DNA of 64,000 nt. It comes from Amoebophrya sp. A120 (taxonomy: Eukaryota; Protista; Dinoflagellata). The stretch is from assembly GCA_905178155.1 (NCBI GenBank), contig CAJINV010000004.1, positions 5,477,711-5,541,710 of the forward strand, given 5' to 3'. Below the pieces are notes generated by a model. It was given only the letters and a program-made list of their open reading frames with translations. It did not search any database and was not told the DNA's origin. The translations under genes and the position numbers were made by a program. This document shows, in pieces, positions 1-11,400 of the stretch (positions within the stretch are counted from its first letter, which is position 1; the number at the start of each line of letters is the position of its first letter).

Positions 1-689
1 GATGAGAAGTTACTATCATAGGCGGACACCGCAGGAGTTTGTGTAGAAGGATAACCAGTTACCCTATTAGTCTCCTCTTTTGTGTCTATTTTCACCAGTA
101 TAGTATGTTTGTGGTCACGATGCACAAGTAGACATGCAAATCGGGTTTCTTTTGTTTCTTGGCTAGCACGCAAATGCACCTCACACAAGAATGCAAATCT
201 CGGCTATTTTTGTCTCTTTGTTTCAGGCCGTGTTTCACTAGAGAGGAAAGAACAGCGTTTGAAGCTAAGCCAACTTTGTTTCGGGCCTTGAGAGAACAGA
301 AAGTAGCAATACAATACACAAAGAGCCACTATGTAAGTCGGGCAGTTTGTTTTATTTCGTATTCGTCATTCACGCTGAGAGAACACTACTACTATCTCCT
401 TTGGAGCGAACATTTCTCGTTGTTGGGTGCGATACACCAGAAGTAAAGAAAAATGCAAAGACTTGAAACAATGTTTGCTTTCTTTTTCTCAATGCCTGGC
501 TGTTGGCTCAAGTTTCGAATTCCGATCTTGACGCTCAGCAGCCAGAAGATCAATCAAAAACTATAGGACAGGAAGCGAGTTTTGTTTGCGGAAAAGCAAC
601 AGTTTGTTCTAAGGTGATTCGAAGTTCGAGTTCTCACACTGTAAAGAAAGATTTGGATCAGCAAAACGACTTGAAGATCACGTTAGGAT

Positions 690-1040
690 TTCTAAGATTG
701 CCGGCGGGAGTCCCGATTTTTGCAAATCCGCCGGCGTAAATTGCAATTTTTTCCACATCCGTCAGCCCAAGTTGCGATTTTTTGCAAATCTGCTTGCATA
801 GGTTAGGTTTTTTGGCACATCCATCAGCGCCGGTTGCGATTTTTTTGCACATTCACCGGCGCAGGTTGCAATTTTTTTGCACATCCACCGGCGCGGATCG
901 CAATTTTTTGACACCTCTACCAGCGGAGATTGTCAGAATCCACCTGAAACTTTGGGAGGATTTTAAAACAGATCGCGATTTCTTGCCCATCCGCCGCGCG
1001 GATCGCGATTTTTTGCACATCCGCCGGCGCGGGTCAAGAT
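690..1040. repeat. Degenerate ~35-40 bp tandem repeat (tttttgcacatccgccggcgcggatcgcga-like)
   Basis: TTTTTGCACATCC..CCGGCGC..GCGAT recurs about 8 times just upstream of the satellite. Confidence 0.7.
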
Positions 1041-1084
1041 TCTTCTTTCCCCGGTGCCCGCGCCCGTTCTCCGGTGCTCGCGCC

Positions 1085-4000
1085 CGGGGCCGCAGCAAAG
1101 TACGGGGGGGGGGGCGGCCTCTGGTTTCTTCCTTGCTAGAGTCGCCCCCGGAGAGGAAGGGGGAAGCGCCCCAAACGCGAAGCAGGGCGGCGCTGCGGCG
1201 GCATGGCTTCGGGTGGCCCCGCGTTTCTTCTTGGCCAGAGGCGCCCCCAGGGAAGAGGGGGAGGCACCTCAAGCGCGAAGCAGGGCGGCACGGCGGCAGC
1301 AAAGTATGGGGGGCGGGCTCTTGTTTCTGCCTGGGCAGAGCCGCCCCCGGAAAGGGGGGGGGAAGCACCCCAAAAGCGAAACGCGAAGCCGGGCGGCACG
1401 GCGGCAGCAAAGTATGGGGGGCGGCCTCTAGTTTCTGCTTGGCCAGAGCCGCCCCCGGAAAGGAGGGGGGAAGCACCCCAAAAGCGAAACGCAAAGCAGG
1501 GCGGCACGGCGGCAGCAAAGTATGGGGGGCGGCTTCTAGTTTCTTCTTGGCCACATTCGCCCCCGGAGAGGAGGGGGGAAGCACCCCAAACGCGAAGCAG
1601 GGCGGCACGGCGGCAGAAAAGTACGGCGGGCGGCTTCTAGTTTCTACTTGGCCAGAGCCGCCCCCGGAAAGGAGGGGGGAAGCACCCCAAACGCGAAGCA
1701 GGGCGGAACGGCGGCAGCAAAGTATGGGGGGCGGCTTCTAGTTTCTTCTTGGCCACATTCGCCCCCGGCAAGGAGGGGGGACGCACCCCAAACGCGCAAC
1801 GCGAAGCAGGGCGGCACGGCGGCGGCAAAGTATGGGGGGCGGCCTCTAGTTTCTTCCTTGCGAGAGTCGCCCCCGAAGAGGAGGGGGGAAGCACCCCAAA
1901 CGCGAAACGCGAAGCAGGGCGACACGGCGGCAGCAAAGTATGGGGGGCGGCTTCTAGCTTCTTCTTGGCCACATTCGCCCCCGGAGAGGAGGGGGGAAGC
2001 ACCCCAAACGCGAAACGTGAAGCAGGGCGGCACGGCGGCAGCAAAGTATGGGGGGCGGCCTCTAGTTTCTTCTTGGCCAGAGCCGCCCCCGGAGAGGATG
2101 GGGGAAGCACCCCAAACGCGAAACGCGAAGCAGGGCGGCACGGCGGCAGCAAAGTATGGGGGGCGGCTTCTAGTTTCCTCTTGGCCACATTCGCCCCCGG
2201 AGAGGAGGGGGGAAGCACTCCAAACGCGAAACGCGAAGCAGGGCGGCACGGCGGCAGCAAAGTATGGGGGGCGGCTTCTAGTTTCCTCTTGGCCACATTC
2301 GCCCCCGGAGAGGAGGGGGGAAGCACTCCAAACGCGAAACGCGAAGCAGGGCGGCACGGCGGCAGCAAAGTATGGGGGGCGGCTTCTAGTTTCTTCTTGG
2401 CCACATTCGCCCCCGGAGATCACCCTGCGCCGCGCCTTGCGGAGGCGGCCCTATTTAAAGCCTAAAAAATTTACGGCCTTCGCCCTTTGCGGCGCAGGCT
2501 TTCGCTTCTGGGTTCGCCCCCTTTTACTCTTCCAGGGTCTCTGCTGCATTGCGGCCGCCCACCTGAGGCACTTCCGGACTTGGGAGAAAGCTGGCGGGGT
2601 GTCACCCTTGTGCGCGCGGCCTTTGTTTCGCTCTAGTAAGGGTCGCGCCCAAGCGCTTATTTTTTTGGCCCGTTTTTGTCTCTTACTTTTTGGTCTTACT
2701 TTTTGGTCTTATTTTTCGGTCTTATTTTTTGGTCTTATTTTTTGGTCTTACTTTTTGGTCTTACTTTTGTGTCTTACTTTTAACTCTTATTTTTTTCTCT
2801 TATTTTTTTCGCCTAAAATAACTCTTACTTTATCTCTTATTCCCCCGCCTATTGCGCGCCCGGGCACGGGCCGGGGGGTCTTATTTTTTTTCTTATTTTT
2901 TCTCTTATTTTTTTGCACACTGAAATCGCACACGAAATCGCAAAAAAGGCGCCCGGCAATTTTCGGGCCGTGAAAATAAGCCCGCCGATAGTGGGTGGAA
3001 TAGGCGGCCTCAAGGGCCCGCGGCCCGGCTCCTTGGCGCCGTCTTATTTTTCCCCGACTCTTAACTTCGCGAGGCCCGGGTGAAGGATGGCGCGTTCGCG
3101 TGGACCACGCCCCGGAGCACCGCCCTGACCCTGGGCTGGGTGTGTTGCCTTTTCCCCCTTCAAGGCGGCCGCGGATTTTGCTAATTGTGTCCGGTGCCGC
3201 GCCCGCCTCTTTGCCCGGGGCGGGCGTGCCTGCCCGCTTGGCCTTTGCCGGATAGCGGCCGTCGTTCTGCTTCGATGCCGACCCCCGGGCGGGTAGGCGC
3301 GCCCTGTGGCCAACTTTGAGGCCGCTCTCGCAATGTGATGATCCGGCTGCTTGGGCCCCGGCTTTTGGCGCGGCCCGTAAAATTTTTAGGCGTTTTTTAG
3401 CAAAAGCCCCGCAGGGCGCGGCTCCGGGTGACGGAGAGGAGGGGGGAAGCACCCCAAACGCGAAGCGCGAAGCAGGGCGGCACGGCGGCAGCAAAGTATG
3501 GGGGGCGGCCTCTAGTTTCTACTTGGCCAGAGTCGCCCCCGGAGAGGAGGGGCGAAGCACCCCAAACGCGAAACGCGAAGCAGGGCGGCACGGCGGCAGC
3601 AAAGTATGGGGGGCGGCTTCTAGTTTCTACTTGGCCAGAGTCGCCCCCGGAGAGGAGGGGGGAAGCACCCCAAACGCGAAACGCGAAGCAGGGCGGCACG
3701 GCGGCAGCAAAGTATAGGGGGCGGCCTCTAGTTTCTACGAGGCCAGAGTCCTTCGGAGAGGAGGGGGGAAGCACCCCAAACGCGAAACGCGAAGCAGGGC
3801 GGCACGGCGGCAGCAAAGTATGGGGGGCGGCTTCTAGTTTCTACTTGGCCAGAGTCGCCCCCGGAGAGGAGGGGGGAAGCACCCCAAACGCGAAACGCGA
3901 AGCAGGGCGGCACGGCGGCAGCAAAGTATGGGGGGCGGCCTCTAGTTTCTACGTGGCCAGAGTCGCCCCCGGAGAGGAGGGGGGAAGCACCCCAAACGCG

Positions 4001-6530
4001 AAACGCGAAGCAGGGCGGCACGGCGGCAGCAAAGTATGGGGGGCGGCTTCTAGTTTCTTCTTGGCCACATTCGCCCCCGGAGATCACCCTGCGCCGCGCC
4101 TTGCGGAGGCGGCCCTATTTAAAGCCTAAAAAATTTACGGCCTTCGCCCTTTGCGGCGCAGGCTTTCGCTTCTGGGTTCGCCCCCTTTTACTCTTCCAGG
4201 GTCTCTGCTGCATTGCGGCCGCCCACCTGAGGCACTTCCGGACTTGGGAGAAAGCTGGCGGGGTGTCACCCTTGTGCGCGCGGCCTTTGTTTCGCTCTAG
4301 TAAGGGTCGCGCCCAAGCGCTTATTTTTTTGGCCCGTTTTTGTCTCTTACTTTTTGGTCTTACTTTTTGGTCTTATTTTTCGGTCTTATTTTTTGGTCTT
4401 ATTTTTTGGTCTTACTTTTTGGTCTTACTTTTGTGTCTTACTTTTAACTCTTATTTTTTTCTCTTATTTTTTTCGCCTAAAATAACTCTTACTTTATCTC
4501 TTATTCCCCCGCCTATTGCGCGCCCGGGCACGGGCCGGGGGGTCTTATTTTTTTTCTTATTTTTTCTCTTATTTTTTTGCACACTGAAATCGCACACGAA
4601 ATCGCAAAAAAGGCGCCCGGCAATTTTCGGGCCGTGAAAATAAGCCCGCCGATAGTGGGTGGAATAGGCGGCCTCAAGGGCCCGCGGCCCGGCTCCTTGG
4701 CGCCGTCTTATTTTTCCCCGACTCTTAACTTCGCGAGGCCCGGGAGAAGGATGGCGCGTTCGCGTGGACCACGCCCCGGAGCACCGCCCTGACCCTGGGC
4801 TGGGTGTGTTGCCTTTTCCCCCTTCAAGGCGGCCGCGGATTTTGCTAATTGTGTCCGGTGCCGCGCCCGCCTCTTTGCCCGGGGCGGGCGTGCCTGCCCG
4901 CTTGGCCTTTGCCGGATAGCGGCCGTCGTTCTGCTTCGATGCCGACCCCCGGGCGGGTAGGCGCGCCCTGTGGCCAACTTTGAGGCCGCTCTCGCAATGT
5001 GATGATCCGGCTGCTTGGGCCCCGGCTTTTGGCGCGGCCCGTAAAATTTTTAGGCGTTTTTTAGCAAAAGCCCCGCAGGGCGCGGCTCCGGGTGACGGAG
5101 AGGAGGGGGGAAGCACCCCAAACGCGAAGCGCGAAGCAGGGCGGCACGGCGGCAGCAAAGTATGGGGGGCGGCCTCTAGTTTCTACTTGGCCAGAGTCGC
5201 CCCCGGAGAGGAGGGGCGAAGCACCCCAAACGCGAAACGCGAAGCAGGGCGGCACGGCGGCAGCAAAGTATGGGGGGCGGCTTCTAGTTTCTTCTTGGCC
5301 AGAGTCGCCCCCGCAGAGGAGGGGGGAAGCACCCCAAACGCGAAACGCGAAGCAGGGCGGCACGGCGGCAGCAAAGTATGGGGGGCGGCCTCTAGTTTCT
5401 ACTTGGCCAGAGTCGCCCCCGGAGAGGAGGGGGGAAGCACCCCAAACGCGAAACGCGAAGCAGGGCGGCACGGCGGCAGCAAAGTATGGGGGGCGGCCTC
5501 TAGTTTCTACTTGGCCAGAGTCGCCCCCGGAGAGGAGGGGGGAAGCACCCCAAACGCGAAACGCGAAGCAGGGCGGCACGGCGGCAGCAAAGTATGGGGG
5601 GCGGCCTCTAGTTTCTACTTGGCCAGAGTCGCCCCCGGAGAGGAGGGGGGAAGCACCCCAAACGCGAAACGCGAAGCAGGGCGGCACGGCGGCAGCAAAG
5701 TATGGGGGGCGGCCTCTAGTTTCTACTTGGCCAGAGTCGCCCCCGGAGAGGAGGGGGGAAGCACCCCAAACGCGAAACGCGAAGCAGGGCGGCACGGCGG
5801 CAGCAAAGTATGGGGGGCGGCCTCTAGTTTCTACTTGGCCAGAGTCGCCCCCGGAGAGGAGGGGGGAAGCACCCCAAACGCGAAACGCGAAGCAGGGCGG
5901 CACGGCGGCAGCAAAGTATGGGGGGCGGCCTCTAGTTTCTACTTGGCCAGAGTCGCCCCCGGAGAGGAGGGGGGAAGCACCCCAAACGCGAAACGCGAAG
6001 CAGGGCGGCATGGCGGCAGCAAAGTACGGGGGGCGGCTTCTAGTTTCTACTGGGCCAGAGCCGCCCCCGGAGGGGAGGGGGGAAGCACCCCAAACGCGAA
6101 ACGCGAAGCAGGGCGGCACGGCGGCAGCAAAGTACGGGGGGCGGCTTCTAGTTTCTTCTTGGCCACATTCGCCCCCGGAGAAGAGGGGGGAAGGACCCCA
6201 AACGCGAAACGCAAACCAGGGCGGCACGGCGGCAGCAAAGCATGGGGGGCGGCCTCTTGTTTCTACTTGGCCACATTCGCCCCCGAAGAGGAGGGGGGAA
6301 GCCCGTTAAGCGCGAAACGCAAACAAGGGCGGCGCGGCGGCAGCAAATAACGCGGGCGGCCTCTAGTTTCTTCTCGGCCAGAGCGCCCCCGGGGAGGGGG
6401 GGAAGCACCCCAAACGCAAAGCGCGAAGCAGGGCGGCACGCCAGCAGCAAAGCACGGGGGGCGCCCTCGGGTTTCTTCTTGGCCGGAGTCGCCCCCGGGG
6501 GGGAGGGGGGAAGCACCCCAAACGCGAAGC
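1085..6530. repeat. 108-bp GC-rich tandem satellite in three arrays (~1085-2418, ~3431-4082, ~5095-6530)
   Basis: Unit ggagaggaggggggaagcaccccaaacgcgaaacgcgaagcagggcggcacggcggcagcaaagtatggggggcggcctctagtttctacttggccagagtcgccccc, period 108 (5421 to 5529). Copies degenerate at both ends. Confidence 0.97.
2419..5094. repeat. ~1-kb spacer duplicated at 1664-bp offset (2419-3430 and 4083-5094), with an internal (ggtcttatttttt)n tract
   Basis: Near-identical copies; the ORF track gives identical ORFs 2787..3494 and 4451..5158. Confidence 0.95.
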
Positions 6531-6792
6531 CCGCCGGGCCGCAACAGGAAGGAACGCGGAGCGGGCTTTGCGCCCTCCCATGGCGGAGCCGCCGCCGGAG
6601 GATAGGGGGGAAGCGCCCCACTTGCGGGGCCCGCAGCAGGATGGAAGTGCGGGCACAAAAGTGGGAAGCGGGGAGGCGGGGCGCCAGGCTGCCCAAGGGG
6701 GCAAAAGGGCAGGTCCCCGGAACGCGAAGCCCATAGCTGTGCCGCGGCCCGATGGAAACAACCGCGGGCCCGGCGCGCCCCGGGGAAATAGT

Positions 6793-7386
6793 GGACGTAG
6801 GCCGGATCACCCCCCTCAAGATAAGACCACCCCCCTCAAGTTTCCAAGACCACCCCCCACAAGGGCGTAGGGTTTTTGGGCTTAGGGTTTAGGGTTTCGG
6901 CGACGTCGCGGCGGCTGGCCCAGGCGCTTCCCTCTTGCCCCTTCCTGTTCCGGGCCGGAGGCACGCAGCGCCTTGCCGCCCTCGCCCCCCCCCCCGTGTT
7001 TGTTTCCCCCTCCCGCCCCGCCGGGCTCCCCCCTAGCCGCGCCTTCGCTGGTTTGCCGGGACCCCGCTCGGGAGGGCACGCTCACTGTGCCGCCTTTGTT
7101 GCCTCGGTGGGCGAGGCGCTAGGCGCTCCCGGGCTTCCTCGGGTGGCTGCCCGCCTGTAGCGCATCTTGAGCCAGGTAACCTATTGCAAGGCCTCCCAGC
7201 AAATACCAACGCCGTCCCGCCCTGCCCCCGGTCGGGTCTGCCTGCCGCCGCCCCGCCTGCCCTTGTCTCTCCCCGTAGCCTGGCTGCCTGCCCCCGGCCT
7301 CGCTCGTTGCCCCCTTCGTGCCCCCGGCCCACCCCCTGGCCCCCCTCGACCCCCCTAGCATCTTAAGGGGGGTGATCCCTATGTCC
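6793..7386. mobile_element. MITE with 9-bp TSD (Mutator-like) carrying telomere-like repeats
   Basis: TSD ggaaatagt at 6784-6792 and 7387-7395. TIR ggacgtaggccggatcacccccctcaaga vs reverse complement of the right end ggacatagggatcaccccccttaaga. tagggtttttgggcttagggtttagggttt at 6868-6897. Confidence 0.8.
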
Positions 7387-8488
7387 GGAAATAGTGGGGG
7401 GGGGCCCGGCACGCCGGGCCTCAGGCAGGCTAGCAAGGGGGCGCGCCCTCTCCGGCGCCTGCAAGGGAAGCAAGGGCGCCCGGGTTCGTTTTGCGCCGGT
7501 TACCGCGACGGGGCGCGGGGCTCGCCTCTGAGGGACCTTGTCGGCGCAGCCGGCGACGGCTTGCAGCCGGTTCCGGCGGCGCCACAAGGCAAACGAAGGC
7601 GGCCGGGAGTCGCTATGCGCTGCTTTTTAGGTTGCGCGAAGGCTTTCTGTTTTTGCCGCCATTGCGAAGCCGGCGCGCCCGCGCTTGTGGCCCCGGGCCT
7701 GGTGTTTATTACCTATCGGCCCCGCCTTGGCGATGGGGGTGTGGTGCGTTTCCTGACTCAGGCCCAAAGCGATTGGGTGCGCTTGCGTCCACGGGGCCCG
7801 GCCGTGGTCGCGTCAGCTTTCCGCCCCAAAGCGCAGCGGCGGCGCGGCCGGGTGGTGGAAACCGGCCTTGTGGCGGTGCGGCGTTTGCCTGCTTCGTGTG
7901 CGCGCCTCGCCTTTGGGGGCGCAGAATGCGCAGGGGCGCCAGCGGCTGTACCCTTCGGGAAGCCAAAGTAATGGCCCGCGACTTTTCCGTCTAGGCACAT
8001 GCGCGCATCTGGCTCCAGACTGAATCGGCATACCCACGGGCCTCCACCGCAACGCGGCGACCATAATGCAAAGCCGTGGGCCTGCAATGCCCGCGACCGC
8101 CTTCCACATACCGCAAGGGACAGGCGCACGAGACTGGCGCCCAGGGGGAAGCCCCTCCAATGTTCCGTTGCCCTGATATCTCTCACGCCTCCGCCCCCGC
8201 GCGCTTTGTCCGAAGGGTGCGACTTGGGGGTAGCCCACAGCGTGGAGAAGTTGCATGCTGTTGCCCGCTGTTCCGATGTTAGGAGTGGCTTGCCTTAGCA
8301 GAATCTCTCACGGCCTCGGAGATGAAACAGTGAAGAGAAAGGGTAGGACGGTGCCCCCCCGGTTCGCCAAGCTCTTGCGCGACGTCTTACAGAGATCATT
8401 GCGCAGTCTGATGAAGTCCATTGGTGTCTGAAAATAGGACACACAAGCAAGAAGCACGCTGCGCGCTTTCCGTGTAGCTGATGATACC

Positions 8489-11400
8489 ATGTCCACCGCC
8501 GAGTCGCCGCCGCACCGTCGCGAGACGAGCAGCCATGGCGGCGCGCCCGAAAACATCGGCGCCGCACGACGGCCGCCTGTCCCTGGCGGTCCCGACATCG
8601 CCCTCCGCAGCCCCGCCGTGGGTAGCGGCACGCGGCCGGCGAAGCACATCAGCACGCGGGGCTTGTTCGCCTTCTGCTTCTGGTGCGCGGTGTGCGGCGG
8701 CAGCATCTACGCGTTCGGGAGCTTTGCGGTAGAGCTGAAGCAGCGCTGCCAAAACTGGGGCGTGGCGCAGACCAACCTGATCTACTCGCTCGGCCAGTTC
8801 GGGAACAGCGGCCTGGGGCTGCTGGTCGCCCTGCTCTACCGGTACAGCGAGCGCGGCGCCCGGAACTGCATGGTCTACGCGGTGACCTGCATCCTGGCCG
8901 GGACGTTCCTGTTTCTCTTCGGCGTCCGCTGCTTGACAACAAACCACCGCGCAACAACTACTGGCGCGGGGGCCAGCACACCACCGGACAGTGCGACGCC
9001 GGGGCTCTTCACAATCGAATTGCTTCGCTATTACGTGTTTGGCGCCGGTGGTGACGATACAACAGGCGATTTGGATTTACCTTCTTCTTAATACATGTAA
9101 ACATGTTTCTTGGGTCGCCTGAGTACTTACTTGTGAAGAAGAAGATGCTAGTTTCTGAATACTGAAGGGGGCATTGCAATTATGCACAGCCGTGAAAAGT
9201 TTGTGGGGGGCTAGGTGTTGCGGACTATTCCGCATGACAAGTCGCGCTCGCGCCCTTGTACGTCAAACAAAAATACGGTTGATGTACTTCACAAACTCCA
9301 CAGGCATCTAAGAGCAGCATGAAAAATCTCGTAATCTTCCAGAGGTCCCAAACAGATTTGCACTGGACCACACTGCCCGCAGTTCCCACTTTAAGCCCGT
9401 AGCAGACGACCACCCGGAAGACTCCAGCGGCAGTCCTGCCCATCCCATTCCACGGTGGGGGACCGCGCCGGAGGTGGAACAACTCGCCGCCGATCCAGAG
9501 TCCGACACGGCACTCAGTGCCACTTTGAACGACCTCTTCGGGCAGAGCCAGCAGTGCACCTGCGCCGAGAACAGTTGGGTGGCGGCCGTCGGCTACTTTC
9601 TGATCCAGCAGGGCGGCTGTGCCATCTACCAGTGCGGCTTGTTTTACCAGCTCGGCCAAGCGAAGCCCGAGCGCGCGGCCATGCTGAGCGGCCTGATCAC
9701 GAGCGGAAACGTATCCTGAGTAAAAACGTCCCCACACCAGAGTCAGGATGGGGATTTAGCAACACAAACCTAGGAGTTTTGGGAGTCACGCGTGACAAGT
9801 TGCACTCCGCAGTGTAGTGCAGATTAGCAAGTGCAGCCGCGTCACAGATTCGTCTGCTCATCCTGTTCACAGCATCACAAATTCCAAAACACGACTGGAA
9901 ATGGCTCTCATGGGGATGCGCATTACAAGTCTTCCTGTCTTAGCAAATCTGCATTACAACTCTGGTGTGGGGACGTTTTTACTCAGGATAAAACGGGCTG
10001 TCGGCGTTCATTTGGTCGCTTTACTTCAAGTACGAGAGTTGTTGTTGGCGGGCACGACCTTCCCATTCGTTTTGTGGTCATGCAAAAACGCAATCTTTTC
10101 AGCGCAATCTACTTCATGATCGGTGAGAAGGCACAACACCACCCCAAACAGCGCTAAGACCCTTTTGTATCAATGCAAAATCTGTGATGTTTATTATCAT
10201 GTTGCAGACCGTGCATTTCTTATTCTTTTTCTGCTACCCGTAGAAAGTAAGTCTTTTCCCTGCTGTCCTCGTCCTACCTTCTAAAGAAACGAGGGGGGGG
10301 AGGATGTGGTCTGACTTTGACACTCGCATACCATTTTTGTTTGTTTTCAGTCCACGTTTGCGTTCTTCGTCAGCACCGCGGCGCTATCAAATGCAAAAGT
10401 GTCTGGGTCTGGAACAAAGCAACTTGTCATGCTAAATCTGAATCATGTAAAAATCTGTGTTGCGTGATTGCCTAAAGCTGTCAACTTTTGACCTAATCGA
10501 GAGGCAGTTTCTCATGCAGGATAGACATGATAGAACTCTCGCTGAATCTGTAATGCTATGTCCTACGGGCCAGACCTCATGGGTCAGGGAAAACCTAGTA
10601 GCCAAAACAAACTGCCACTATAAAAAAAAAAAACCTGCATGACAAGTCTGGCATTCTTCCAGGAGACCCAGACAATTTTGCAGTTGATAGGCGCTCTGGA
10701 TCGGCACCGCACTGCTCGGCCTGGTGCGCGTATTCCAATCCGCAGAAGAAAGAAGGAACAATGGGAGCAGCGGTGGTAGTCCCAGTCCTGCATTTCAAGA
10801 ACCGGAAAGCAACACGCGGATCAGCGTCCCGGCGACGTATGGTGAGCAAAAACGTCCCCACCCCAAAGTCAAGATGGGAAATCTGCTAGACAAAGCACCA
10901 GGCTTTGGCTGTTGCGCGTGACAAATTTGGGCCCGTGATGTAGTCGCTGTTAGCTAGTGCAGCAGCGTCACAGATCTAGCGGAGCATGCGTATTGGAGCA
11001 TGATAAATTTCGAAACACCATCAGAAACTGCTCTTCGTGGGTCTTCGCATGAGAAACATTTTCAGCGTGCAGACTTGCATTACAGCTCTGGGGTGGTGAC
11101 GTTTTTACAAATGATACGACGACCTTCTCCATCACTCCAACCGGGAGAACGTCGCTGTCCTCCTCGTCCGCGTCGGTGCACTATGCATTGCAAAAGTATC
11201 GTACTCGTATACATGCATTACAAATTTCCTCAGCATGAGAAATAAAGTTTGTAAAAAAATGCGGATTTAGCTTAAGAAAAAAAATGCATGACTGCAATTA
11301 CTACGACTGCGATACTTTTGCACAGGATATGCACAATCGACAACTGGGAACTGCAGCCGCGGAGCACCATGCTGCGGATGGTTCCGAGGATAGTACTACA

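Noticed and set aside
503-512. ttggctcaag, the 3' end of the dinoflagellate spliced leader
   Set aside because: Only a 10-nt match, with no following GT donor or recognisable SL RNA gene; may be chance or a relic.
1085-6530. CRISPR-like array
   Set aside because: Head-to-tail units with no unique spacers and no cas genes; eukaryotic context.
782-6819. Long repetitive ORFs on both strands
   Set aside because: By-product of a GC-rich 108-bp unit (a multiple of 3); open in several frames at once.
682-8285. One large element spanning the satellite (gttagga at both sides)
   Set aside because: Only a 7-bp match with no TIRs or other terminal signature.
8405-8442. Hammerhead-like ctgatga...gaaa
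   Set aside because: No adequate stems II/III or cleavage triplet.
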